DNA from: Mobula hypostoma
Taxonomy: Eukaryota
DNA: 64,000 nucleotides
NCBI RefSeq assembly: GCF_963921235.1
Contig: NC_086097.1
Span: 124,932,001-124,996,000 of the forward strand
Direction: 5' to 3'
Made by a program: the position numbers and the translations under genes
Shown here: piece after piece, positions 39,262 to 51,040 of the stretch
Layout of the letters: every line of letters begins with the position of its first letter
Numbering within the stretch: position 1 is the stretch's first letter
Notes under the pieces: generated by a model
The model's database searches: none
What the model was told of the DNA's origin: nothing
The model's input: the letters and a program-made list of their open reading frames with translations, nothing else

Positions 39262-40454
39262 TGTTGCCGAATACAACACACACACAATCAAACCAAAAAA
39301 AATCGAGTATTCCCCTTTTACCAAATCAAAATGGCAATTACCAGCACTTAAATTCAAAATCGGAACATTTCCTGGCCGAGCCCCCATAAATTATGTTACG
39401 TAACCGGCAACAATGAATATCAATCGAGACAGGTGATATAAAAACAACCAAACATTTATTAAACACGTATAAACGATAAGGGAAAAAAAAAACAAAGGAA
39501 AATTTTAACCGGAGGTTAACAGGTACGCAACCGTTCACCAACTCGCCACTCGGCTCTGGTTCTTAAAGCTTTAAATGCAAAAACAGTTCTTAAAGCGATA
39601 CAGTCAGATATAGTTCTTAAAGCGATAACTTCGAAAGTCCAACAGATTTACACGTTCAATTGGGAGAGACTTCTCTGGAGAAGGATTTTTTCACAGACGC
39701 AACTTTGCTGCTGGTTCTGTCCACAGGATTCCCGATGCCAAAAATAAACAGTTTAAATCAACTGACTTTAAATTCCTTTAGAGAGAGAGAGAGCCTTTTT
39801 GCATGAACTCATTGCCCTTTTGCAAGAGTCATCTCAATGCAGGTTCTCTCCAACGAAGACTCAATAAGGTTGATTCTTTATTAAACTGCTAAACGATGCC
39901 AACTTCTCTCAATCCTTCACTTGGATGAATTCTTCACTCTCCCTTCAAAACTGTCAGAATTGAGTAAATTGGCACTTACAGCCACAAATTTCCAGTTCAA
40001 TAATACAATATCTTGTAAGAGAACACACCTTCTGTTTTAAAAATGAAACTGCATCACAAAAACAAACACGCAACAGAAACGGAGGCACAACACGTTCTAC
40101 CTGGAAATCTACAAACTCAAAAACCTACTGTGTCACCTGGGTCGACCCTTATATGTCATCATGTGACCTCACATCGGCGGGAAAATCACATCAGGTGACC
40201 TCCAAAAGACCATTACATCATTACATCATTCTCACAAAAAAAAGATCCCCTTGAGCATGTAACAGTCTGGGCACCACGATGAGTTTATCACGAAACAGAT
40301 GTCATTGTATCCGCCCTTTCTTGATGCTGCCATCCAGCCTGTCCAGTGGATTCAGTGCTCTTTGGGGTGAAGTGCAGTGTTCAGAGTGTGGAGGGGGGTG
40401 AGCCATGTCTCAATGAAACAGAGAATGCAGCAGTTCCTCATTTCCCTATGATAC

Positions 40455-40785
40455 AGCAATACCACCACCGAGGACACCTCTAAAAGACAATACCTCAAAA
40501 AACTGGCATCCATCATTAAGGGCTCCCACCACCCAGGACATATCCTCTTCTCATTACTGCCATCGGGGAGCAGGTATGGGAGCCTAAAGACACACACTCT
40601 ACATCTTAGCAACAGGTTCTTCTCCTCTGCCATCAGATTTATGAACAGACAATGAGTCAACCGATGAACACTACTTCATTATTTTCTCTTTCTGCACTGC
40701 TTATTTAATTTAATTTTTAATCTATATTTCTTATTGTAATTTATACTATTTTAGGTATATATCTGTGATAATAAATCTGATTCTG
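40455..40785 (+). mobile_element. Rex1/Babar LINE 3' end
   Basis: LKKLASIIKGSHHPGHILFSLLPSGSRYGSLK; tail ataataaatctgattctg. Confidence 0.8.
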
Positions 40786-40871
40786 CTGTCTTCTAAAAGA
40801 ACAGAGTTGGCTCTGGTTTTCCCAAGGTTAAGTAGCTTATTGATACCAATTGCTGCCACTTCCACAAGTAT

Positions 40872-41132
40872 GGTCGGCTGGTGGCGCGGTGAGATCAGCA
40901 CCGGGCTCGAGAACAGAGGTTCCCAAGTTTGATCCAGTGACAGACCGCCCCCCTATGTGCTCTCCATCCACACCGGGTTGGTGTCGAGCTCGCAACTGGG
41001 CTTCGTAAAAATAATACTGCGAAATGTGTGTGTGGGGAGTGGCGCCCCACACAGCCTTTCGAACTGTGCCTTGTAAGGCATGAAAATGCCCGACGCTGGC
41101 CTCTCAGGTCTGAGTCGACGTCATCATCATCA
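40872..41132 (+). mobile_element. Complete tRNA-derived SINE with (TCA)n tail
   Basis: A-box-like tggcgcggtgag, B-box-like gtttgatcc, (tca)4 tail, exact 11-bp TSD TCCACAAGTAT (40861-40871, 41133-41143). Confidence 0.88.
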
Positions 41133-42212
41133 TCCACAAGTATAGCGGTTTAGAATTTGCACATGGCTATTGCCCTGGACAAGATTGAATTGATTTTTCA
41201 GTATCTGCAGAACTTGAGTGGGTTTGTTCCATATAGAACAGCTGAAGTGAAAGATTTGATACTTATTTATAATCCTAGGCAGCAAATCAATGGCATTACT
41301 CCCAGTAACTTAACATTATAATACCCCTTGTCTGCCAGAACAACGACAAGCATCACTGACATACTTACATCCTTCCCATTCAGAAATGGACAGAGCTGGT
41401 ATTGTCCTGTAGTATAAAAGACGTTTTTCCTTCCTTGCTTAGTAAGCATTCAAATGATGCGGCAAGGATTGGAAAATGTCTTTGGGCAGACCTTCCTTTT
41501 TCTGGGGAAATGTCCAGGCAGAGGTAGCAACTCCTTGAGAATCAGTGGATCTGCTTCTCTGACTTTTCTGCTTTTATTCCCCATGAACCAAATCAGATCG
41601 ATCGTCAGAACATGGCAAGTTAGTGCACATGTTCTGACAATTTGATTGCGCAGTGAATCGACTAGGTCTCCTACTTGCAAGAGGTACTCTCTCTTTTTGC
41701 GTGGGCTTTCCAGTGCATATGGTATTAGTCTTGGTGCACCCAGTTTATAGCTCCCATGTTGTAAGCTGCCCAGCATCTGCCATTACTAACATACATCAGT
41801 AAAAATGTGTCATAGTACTGTTCCATTGTCGTTCTTGCTCTGTGCAACGTTGAGCACCAGTCATGATTGAAATGAGTGACAGAATAGTTAGAACATAATG
41901 AATTGACACTTGAGATTATCAATGGAATTGCCACTAGATATAAATCAAAATCAAGGGGAGTGGAACACAGTGAAATTCTCAAATGAGGATGCTGAGAACA
42001 AAGCCCAATGTTATTTTGTAATGAGAGCCAAGCTCGCACAGTAAGCAGTTGTGACAGATTGATGGAGAATAGAGCCAGGCGTATGACATCATTAAAAAAT
42101 ATACAGGGCCTGCATTTGTATAGTAGCCTTCACATTCCTACCAAAGTATTTTACAGCTAATTAAGTGCACTTGATGTGTCATTTCTGTTGTATTTAAGAC
42201 AACACAGTGGCA

Positions 42213-42750
42213 GTTCAGATTCAAATTCAGTTTCAGATTTATTTATTAAACATAAAGTGAAACGGGTCATTTGCGTAACAGCCAACACCGCCAAGGACAC
42301 GCTGGGGGCAGCCCAAAAATGTTGCCATGCATTCTGGCGCCAACATAGCACACCCACAATGTTCAGCAGAACAACAGAAGCAGCAACAACAACAGCAGCA
42401 GAACAAGCCCTTTTCCCAACCTTCCCGCCCACCTACTCATGCACCCAGACAGACCGCTTCTGGGCCTCCAGCCCTTGTCCCCAGATTCTCAGACTCAGAC
42501 ATTAGCTTCTAACTTTCGACTTCACTCCAGGATGCTGATCATAGGTTTGACCACTGACCCTGATGATCCGGGCCCTCATAGCGCATGCAGTTTTCAACCT
42601 TCAGCCCTGCCCTCCGAACTTCACCAGGTTTGACCTCTTCTTCTAGACTTGCATGGACCTCTGATCCCAGTGACTACTGTCCGTATGGACTTCCAACCTG
42701 GGACAGTTCTCTGACCTGAGGATTCACTGGTCTCCTCAGCACCTGTGAAC
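42213..42750 (-). repeat. Dispersed retroposon-like repeat; further copies at about 48280-48600 and 57580-58090
   Basis: Shared gctgggggcagccc..tgt.[g/a]cca..cattc..gc.ccaacatagc core in three places; microsatellite-like tail ttcagattcaaattcag + tttattt. Confidence 0.7.
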
Positions 42751-43747
42751 CATCCCTATGAACCTAGTATCTTGTGCACAAGAAGCACTCACAAAATGCA
42801 AGGTAATTATGACCAGATAATTCAGATCACCATCCTAAAGCATTAACTCAATTTCTATTTCCATAGGTGCTGCTTGATTTCCTGAGTATTTCCAGCATTT
42901 TCTGTTATTATATCATGAGCTACAGGTGTTCTAACTTCATTTTCATTTTAATAACAAACTAATATTAGGGATAAAAACATTCAAAATACCTGAGGTGCTC
43001 AGCACATCAAGCTGCCTCCTTCGTCAAGATGGCACAAGCTATGGTCTTTATTGACCCAGACTCAGAAGTAGTTGCTTTTTTAAATTTGTAGGGATGCTTT
43101 TGGGGAGTTCGGGGTCAGGTTAGGGTTTAGGGACTGGGATGTGGAGGAGTTAGCGGTCAGGTCTCCACTCCATGTTCGAAGTCCACTGACATCAATGGTT
43201 GCCGAAGGACATCTGCAGTCCAGGATTCTGCTCCGTGCAACACCAGCGATGTGGGCATTGCAGCTCCTCTCCGAGCCTGAAGACCAGCGACGTGGACGCT
43301 TGATAAAGGGTATTTGTCGATGTTGGGCTGTTCCAGGTCGGTGGGTTCTGGGGTTCAAGCTTGGAGTTCAGAGTCCCATCATTGGTTAGCTTGAAGATCG
43401 GAGCCTGTAGGTCGGTCAGACATCAGGAAAGTAGTGGACAGTCCATCACAGGCAAATCCCTCCTCATCATTGAGAAGATTTACAAGGAGTGCTACCATCA
43501 CCCATCATCGAGGATCCCCACCATCCAGGCCATGCTCTCCTCCCTGCTGCCATCGGGAGGAGGTATTCTTGGTAATATGCACTGATAATAAATTTGACTT
43601 TGTCTTGCACTGCACTTTCTTCATAACTGTAATCCTTGATTCTGCATTGTTTTTGTTTTACCATGTACTGTATAGATGGTACGTAAGATGAGTTTTTTTT
43701 ACTGTACCTCAATATAACCAATTTACTAATACAGATCATTCACTGGG

Positions 43748-43967
43748 ATGTAAACTTCTGACCCACTGGGAAAGTGATGAAAGAAATAAAAGCCAAAATA
43801 AATCATTCTCTCTACTATTATTCTGACATTTCACATTCTTAAATTAAAGTAGTGATCCTAACTGACCTAAGACAGGGAATGTTTTCTTGTATTAAACGTC
43901 AGGAATTGTGAAAAACTGAGTTTAAATGTATTTGGCTAAGGTGTATGTAAACTTCTGACTTCAACAG
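43748..43967 (+). mobile_element. Isolated right IR/DR of a Sleeping Beauty/salmonid-type Tc1 transposon
   Basis: Inner and outer DRs atgtaaacttctgac (43748 and about 43945), end ...acttcaacag|TA; spacer closely resembles the SB right ITR as I recall it. Confidence 0.85.
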
Positions 43968-44589
43968 TACCTGCTTTGCATCTGTAGAATGGTCAGAGTG
44001 CCATTGAATTTCCTGGTTGAGCTTTGTTCCCTTACAAACCTGGAGAGTATATTGACTGGTTACATCACAGCCCGGTATGGAAACACCGATGCCCTTGAAT
44101 GGAAAATCCAATAAAAAGTAGCGGCTATGGTCCAGTCCATCACTAGTAAAGCCCTCCACACCACTGAGCACATCTACATAGACCATTGTCACAGGAAATC
44201 CCATCCATCACCAGAGAACCCCACCACCCAGGACACGCTCCTTTCTCTCTGCTGCCATCAGGAAGAAGGTACAGGAGCCTCAGGACTCACACTACCAGGT
44301 TCAGGAACAGTTATTACCCTTCTTGAATGAAAGGAGACAACTTCACTCACCTTCACTTGCCTCATCACTGAACTGTTTCCACTTCCTATCGACTCACTTT
44401 CAAGGACTCTTCATCTCATGTTCTTGAGATGTATTGCTTGCTTATTTATTATAACTATTTTTTTGTATTTGCACTGTTTGTTGTCTTTTGCACACTGGTT
44501 GACTACCCAAGTTGGTGTGTAATATCGATCCCACTAAGTTAATTATCATTAGCTCCATAGCTGTGAGCAAAAATGTGACAATTTTGTCA

Positions 44590-44715
44590 TGAACAAGAGA
44601 AAATCTGCAGATGCTGGAAATCCAAGCAACACACACAGAATGCTGGAGGAACTCAGCAGGCCAGGCAGCATCTATGGAAAAGAGTACAGCCAATGTTTCA
44701 GGCTGAGACCCCTCG
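44590..44715 (-). mobile_element. Penelope terminal-repeat fragment inside a Rex1 3' UTR
   Basis: aacaagagaaaatctgcagatgctggaaatccaagcaacacac..gctggaggaactcagcaggccaggcagcatctatgg..gtttcaggctgagacccc. Confidence 0.8.
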
Positions 44716-44949
44716 TGTTATTTCATTGATTCTATTTTGGTCATTATTCTACTATGAATTTGAATCTCAGAGTTGTATATGGTGAAATACATGTACTTTG
44801 ATAATAAATTTGCTTTGAACTGTATCTGTCTTGTAGTATAGTTCACAGCTGCAGTCTAAAGTAAATTTATAAAGTATTATGTTCAGTAGCTTCCCTGTTC
44901 TGACAGCATTTAGAACATTACTCAGTCATTATATGTTTGTGCATTCAGC

Positions 44950-45690
44950 ATCAGAATCAGGTTTAATATCACTGTCATACATCATGAAATTTATTGTTTT
45001 GCAGCAGCAGTACAGGGCAATACATAAAATATACTGTGAATGACAAATATTCTGAACAGTCAGTAAATCAGTGAACACTACCTCGCATATTCTGTTCTCT
45101 GTTTACACTATTAATTTATACAGTGTATATGTAAATTAAATGAGTAATGCAAAAAGAGAGAAATTGTGAGGTAGTGTTCATTGGTTCATTGACAGTTCAG
45201 AAATCTGATGGCAGAGGGGAAGAAGCTCTTCCTAAAATGCTGAGAATGTGTCTTCAGGCTCCTGTAGCTCCCTTCTGGTGGTAGTGATATGAAGAGAGCA
45301 TGTTCTGGGTGATGGGGGTCCTTAATCGAGTCATCGCCTTGTCAAGATGCCCATGATGGTGGGGAGGCTAGTGTCCATGGTGGAGAGGTCTGAGTCTACA
45401 GCCCTCTGCCACTTTATAAATCCTGCAGTGGCCCTCCATGCCGGGTGGTGATGCAACCAGTTAGAATGCTCTCCGTGGTACATCTGTTGAAATTTGCTAG
45501 ACTCGAGTGACATACCAAATCTCCTCAAACTCCTAATGAAGTATAGCCACTGTTGTGCCATCTTTGTAATCACATTTCTATATTAGGCCCAGGGCAGACC
45601 TTCTGAGATGTTGGCACCCAGGAACTTGAAGCTGCTAACCCTGTCCACTGTTGACCCCTCGAGAAGGTCTGGTGTGTCCTCAACTTCCTC
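44950..45690 (-). mobile_element. Rex1/Babar LINE 3' end with fold-back in its 3' UTR
   Basis: ORF 45331..45573 AQQWLYFIRSLRRFGMS; tail atcagaatcaggtttaatatc. Confidence 0.8.
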
Positions 45691-45884
45691 TTAACACTTC
45701 ATGCTTCATACCTCCAGAGGGGAATCTTTGCGTAACATCTCTTTAGTTTGGGAAACTCATACTTGGGCTTTTAAAATCTCTCCATATCAGCTGCTTACGG
45801 ACCTCTTGTATAATTTGGCTTCTATTTGTGTTGCACCTTTATATATGCATCTCATTTTGTCAGGGTGCCTTACTTGAGCAATAT

Positions 45885-45902
45885 TGCCAGGAGGTGGCGC
45901 TC
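45885..45902 (+). promoter_or_regulatory. Candidate CTCF binding site
   Basis: tgccaggaggtggcgctc fits the CCASYAGRKGGCRS core with one mismatch; lies in a non-repeat island. Confidence 0.5.
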
Positions 45903-46099
45903 TTGCACTGGGAATCAAGGGTAAAATCTGATAATGAAAAATTCATCAAGTTGCATCTGTATCATACCAAACTGTTTCTGTTGAAACAGTCTGACATGTA
46001 CTACCCTGACATTTAAGGTTCCACAGTAATGACAAGCAGCAATGCAAACACACAAGATCTGTGCTACCAGTTAGCCATTATTTGGATTCTTAAGTCTGT

Positions 46100-46310
46100 A
46101 TGATAGCACAGTGGTTAGCATTTAGTAACAGTATTACTATGCCAGTGACTGGAGTTCAGTTCCTGCCGCAGTCTATACAGAGTTTATACGTTCTCCTCCA
46201 GGTGCTCCGGTTTCCTCCTACATTCCAAAGACGTACGGGTTAGTAGGTTAAATGATCAAATGGGTGTAATTGGGCAGCGCAGGCCCTTACCATGTTGTAT
46301 CTCTCAATAT
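46100..46310 (+). mobile_element. V-SINE
   Basis: tagcacagtggttagc head; ccaggtgctccggtttcctcctacattccaaagacgtacggg. Confidence 0.8.
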
Positions 46311-46449
46311 AAGTTCCTCATGATAGGAATGACACATTACAGAAGAGAAAAGGCAGCATTGATTCACTAGAGTTTGTCCAGGGACAAGTTTGAAAGTATG
46401 ATGTATTAATGGAGCAGAATGAATTTTATAAAATTATTACAGTGAAGGC

Positions 46450-47030
46450 TTCAAGGTTCCAAGTTTAAAGTACAATTATTATCAAAGTATGTACATGTCA
46501 CAATATACTACCCTGAGATTTGTTTTCTTGAAGGCATTTACAGGGAAGTGAAGAAATAAAATAGAATTTATGGAAAACCACGAATGACTGACAAACAACC
46601 AATGTGCAAAAGAAGACAAATTGTACAAATAATAACAAAAAGTAAATAAATCCTAATGAGTTGTGGAGCCCTTGAAAGTGAGTCTATAGGTTGTGGAATC
46701 AGTGTTGAGGTGAAAGAAGTTATCCTCACTGGTTCAGGAGCTTGATGGTTGTAGGGTGATAACTAACTGCTCCTGAACCTGGTGGTGTGGGGCCTAAGGC
46801 CCTTCTACTTACTGCTCCATGGTAGTAGTGCGAAGACAGCGTGGCTCATATGGTGGGGGTCATTGAAGATGGATGCTGCTTTCTTGTGGCAGCGCTCCTT
46901 GTAGATGTGCTGAATAGTGGGAAAGGCTTTGCCTGTGATGGACTGGGCTGTCCCCACCACTTTATTTGGGCTTTTCCTTTCCTGGCATTGGGTGTTTCTG
47001 TACCGGGCTGTGATGCAACCTGTTAGATCG
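46450..47030 (-). mobile_element. Rex1/Babar LINE 3' end
   Basis: Same 3' UTR family as 49690-50000; ttcaaggttccaagtttaaag tail. Confidence 0.75.
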
Positions 47031-47334
47031 CTAATGCAAGATGCGGAGGAGAAAGATGACGACTAGAAAAAAGAGAAGCTTAAGAAAATCACAAAAATGA
47101 TTAAATAATGAGGATAAAATATGGCCTCTCAGAAGGCATTTAAAATTTTGTTTAACATTTTGCATAAATCCATAAATTCTTTCAAAATAAATCATTCTGT
47201 TACCTTAAAATCATTAAAGAGTATGGGAAACAATGAAAAAGACTGGATTAAACAATGTGAATGATGTGAGATATAGGATCTGTAAGGTAAATCTGCACAT
47301 TCCTTTACTATAACGTTCTGTGAAAAGCGTGGGA

Positions 47335-47880
47335 CAGATGGACAGTGGCCAGCTGGTAAAACTTCTGCCTTGTAGTGCCAGGTTCTCACATTCAATCCTA
47401 GTCTTGGGTGCTGTTCATGTACAGAGTTTGCCGTGTCCTCCCTATACTTCCTTACGTAAGCTTATCACCCCTACTGCGGTCGACAATAGCTCGCCAGAGA
47501 CTTTAGTCCTGGACCAGTCTTTCAAACTGTCCCCAGATGTAGCCCATCTTCGAGGATCCTTCCTCTCCCAGGGATGAGTTCATTGGAGTTTCAGTTAACA
47601 TTTCTGGGTTTTTAAGCGGGATGGGGTTGTTAGTCCCATGCCCAGCCGTGTTTGGGACTGTCCATGGCAGAGTACTGTTCTCCCTGTGACCATTTTGAAT
47701 TCTTCCTTTGCTCTGGTTTCCTCCCATGTCCCAAAGAAGTGGCGATGGCAAGTTAATTGGCCACAGTAAATTGCCCCTAATGTGTAGGTAGGTGGTGGAA
47801 TTAGAAGGAAGTTGCTGGGAAAGTGGGGAGAATAAAAACAAATGAATTAATGTACGATTAGCGTAAATGGATGGTTGGTG
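47335..47880 (+). mobile_element. V-SINE interrupted by an RTE-type short element (about 47447-47647, minus)
   Basis: Head ..ttcaatcctagtcttgggtgctgt; V-domain tgctctggtttcctcccatgtcccaaaga resumes after the insert, whose ends are cttccttacgtaagcttatcacc and ggatggggttgttagtcccatgccc. Confidence 0.65.
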
Positions 47881-48689
47881 CACAAGATTCAACATTATTT
47901 ATTACATGTGCATTGAAACCTGCAGTGACCAAGGATGCATCTCACCCTAACCATGGACTTTTTACTCTCCTCCCATCTGGTAGGCACTACAGAAGCCTCC
48001 GCTCCTGCACCAGCAGGCACAGAAAGAGCTTCTTCCCTGAGACTGTGACCCTGCTGAACCTCACATCACAGCGCTAAGCAGTATTGCACCCATATTGTAC
48101 TGTCTCAGTACTTTCATATTTGTGTGCTGTAGCACTTACTTTTTATTCACAGTTATTTTGTAAATAACACTATTCTTTGCATTTCTGGTTAGATGCTAAC
48201 TGCATTTCATCGGCTTTGTATTTGTATTCGGCACAATGACAATAAAGTTGAATCAAATCTAACATATGTCATTTACTTTAAAAACCAAGGCTGGGTCGGG
48301 GCAGCCCCTAAGTGTCACCACATATTCCAGCACTAATCTAGCAAGCCTACGATGCTCAGAACACAACAACAGCAAAGCAAGCTCCGTTCCTCCTTTCCAC
48401 CCATGCACATACACAGTCCTCGAACCACAAGATTGTGTTGTTTGATCTCCAGCCTCCAGCAGACTCGAATGTGGACGCAGGCACACAGACATGGGGCCTT
48501 TAACTATCCAAGCGGACTCGCAGACGTTCGCAGACGTTCACAGACCTTGGGCTCTGGCTAATGGGCCTCAACTTCCAGACTTCCATTTCAATCTTTGGCA
48601 CGACGTTTCTGTGCTCCAATCCTGGCTTCTGGTGGAGTCCATGAGGAGTTCGTACATTATTGCTGCGACCATATGTTTCAGATTTCTTC

Positions 48690-49195
48690 TGATTGACTGG
48701 ATGTCTGTTATATCCAATGATGACAGGAAACCTGTGCGTGAGCTTTTAAGGTGGAAAACCCATTGCACTGGGGCAGTTTTTCTCTCTCTCAATCTTGGAA
48801 GTCTGGTGCACCTGTTCTGGCATTTGCTGCATCTGGGGTCTTCCTTGGTTGCAGTGGATGCCCATGATTTCTTCTGTGCCTCGCCATGTATTTCACTTTC
48901 CGTGAAACATCGCAAAACCACCTTCCTGATCTCACCATTGAGCTCATCTGCCTAGACGGCCAGAGCTGAACAGGCATGTCCCTATCTCACCATGGTACGA
49001 GGCCCACCGACTACGTTCACCTGGTTTAGCCTGCCTGTCAATGCGGTGTACCGTGATGTGGCAGCTGTCGCATGCAAACTGCTACTTGGAGCCACAAGTA
49101 CAAGCTGAGTGTCTGATAGGGACTGAAGGTGAGTGAACTGCTCCAGAGTGCCCCTTCACCAGAAGCGCTAACCCTCCCTGAGCACGGATACACCT
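48690..49195 (-). mobile_element. RTE-like short non-coding element (longer copy of the family at 1614-1898)
   Basis: Shares ctgcaaccaaggaagacccc core and 3' end with the 1.6-kb copy; GC-rich 5' part beginning ggtgtatccgtgctcagggaggg. Confidence 0.7.
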
Positions 49196-49689
49196 CTGTA
49201 AACCCTAAATTTCTACACCCCTTCTACACTGCAAATATGTGCAATTCTTGGGTTAATTGACTTTTGTAAATTGTGTAGGTGGGTGGTAAGAGAATTAGTG
49301 GTGTGGTAATGGAATGAGTGAGAGAACGAGTTTTGGGGGCTTGGGTGGGCAGATTGGTTAATGGGATTGCTCTAATCAAAATCAAGTTTATTATCACTGT
49401 CTTATATGACATGAAATTCATTTTATAGCAGCAGCACAGTACAAAGATGTAAAATTACTATAAGTTACAAAATAAACAGAGTAAATAAAGGAAGGTTGTG
49501 TTCATACCCTTCAGAAATCCGCTGGCTGAGGGGAAGAAGCTGTTTCTGAATGGCTGAGTGTAGCATTTCAGACTTCTGTACCCTCTCTGTAATGGTAGTA
49601 ACAAGACATGGGCATGTCCCGCATGGTGAGATTTGAGGATTGGGCTAGGTAGCATCTGTCTGCAATATATAGAAAATAATAAATAAGAA

Positions 49690-51040
49690 AATTTGTTCAA
49701 AGTAAATTCATTATCAAAGTACATATATTTTATGTTATACAACATTGAGATTTATTTTCTTGTGGGCATACTCAATAAATCCACGATAGAATAATGACCA
49801 TAATAGAATCAATGAAATATCCCACCAACTTGAGCATTCAACCAGTGTACAAAATACAGCAAACTGTGCAAGTAGAAGAAGAAATAATTAATAATAATAA
49901 ATAAATAAGCAGTAGGTATCAAGAACATGAAATGAAGAGCCATTGAAAGTGAGTCCATAGGTTGTGGGAATATTTCAGTGATGGGCCAAGTGGAGTTGAG
50001 TGAAGTTATCCTCTTTAGTTCGAGAGCCTGATGGTGGAGGGGTAATAACTGTTCCTGAACCTGGTGGTGTGAGTCCTGAGGCTCCTGTACCTTCTTCCCA
50101 AAGGCAGTAGAGCATGACCTGGGTGGTGGGGGTCCTTGATGATGGATGCTGCTTTCCTGAGACAAGGTTCCATGTAGATGTGCTCGATGGTGGGGAAGAT
50201 TTTACCCGTTTTTGGGCTGGGCCATATCCACTACTTTTTGTAGGATTTTCCATTCAAGAACGTTGGTGCTTCCATACCAGGCTGTGATGCAGTCAGTCAA
50301 CATACTCTCCATCACAGACCTATGGACATTTGTCAAAGTTTTAGATGTCATGCTAAATTTTTGCAATTTCCTAAGGAAGTAGAGGTGAGGCCGTGCTTTC
50401 TTCATAATCGCAGTTAGGTGCTGGGCCCAGGACAGGTCCTTCACAATTATAACACTGAGGAATTTAAATTTGCTGACCCTCTCCACCTCTGATCCTCTGT
50501 TGAGGACTGGCTCATGGACTCCTGTTTTCCTCCTCTTGAATCAGCTCCTCGATCTTGCTGATGTTGAGTAAGAGGTTGTTGTTATGGCACCACAGCCAGA
50601 TTTTCAATCTCCCTCCTAAATACTGCTTCACCATCACCTTTGATTCAGCCTGCAACAGTGGTGTTGTCTGCAACCGTAAACATGGCACTGCAGCCGTGTT
50701 TAGCCACACAGTCATAATGGTAAAGCAAGTAGAGCAGGGGGCTCAGCACGCTGACTGGTGATGCACATACGCTGATGGAACCTGTAGAGGAGTTGTTGCC
50801 AGTCCGAACTGACTGGGGTCTGCAAGTGAGAACATTGAGGATCCAATTGCACAAGGAGATGTCAAGGGCAAGGTCTTGAAGCTTATTGATTAGTCGTGAG
50901 GGGATGATGGTACTGACTGCCGAGCTGTAGTTGATAAAGAGCATCCTGATGTATGCGTCTTGATTGTCCAGATGTTCCAGGGTTGAGTGAAGAGCCAGTG
51001 AGATGGCATCTGCTGAGGACCTGTTGCTCTGGTAGGCTCA
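49690..51040 (-). mobile_element. Rex1/Babar LINE, 5'-truncated RT to 3' UTR
   Basis: [58 protein letters not shown]. Confidence 0.9.

Larger units (their letters stand above)
35000..40264 (-). mobile_element. Gmr1-type Gypsy provirus with RT/RNase H deleted; LTRs 39394-40264 (5') and 35000-35875 (3')
   Basis: Near-identical LTRs TGTTAC...GTAACA, 4-bp TSD GTCT, PBS tgggggctcggccaggaa (tRNA-Pro type) at about 39369-39386, PPT ggagggagg at 35876-35884. Confidence 0.96.
31258..40450 (-). mobile_element. Long decayed Rex1/Babar LINE (APE + RT + 3' UTR) carrying three nested insertions
   Basis: APE: YHREMRNCCILCFIETWL (about 40380-40445), PDLEH..KYRPLYLP..AVYIPP (34600..34992); [33 protein letters not shown]; interrupted by V-SINE 31365-31660, solo LTR 33035-34089 and provirus 35000-40264. 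Confidence 0.88.

Noticed and set aside
42327..42512. Poly-Q ORF
   Set aside because: (caa/cag) microsatellite inside a dispersed repeat.
45167..45180. tgaggtagt as let-7 miRNA
   Set aside because: Continues gttcatt, not aggttgt; it is part of an abundant LINE 3' UTR.
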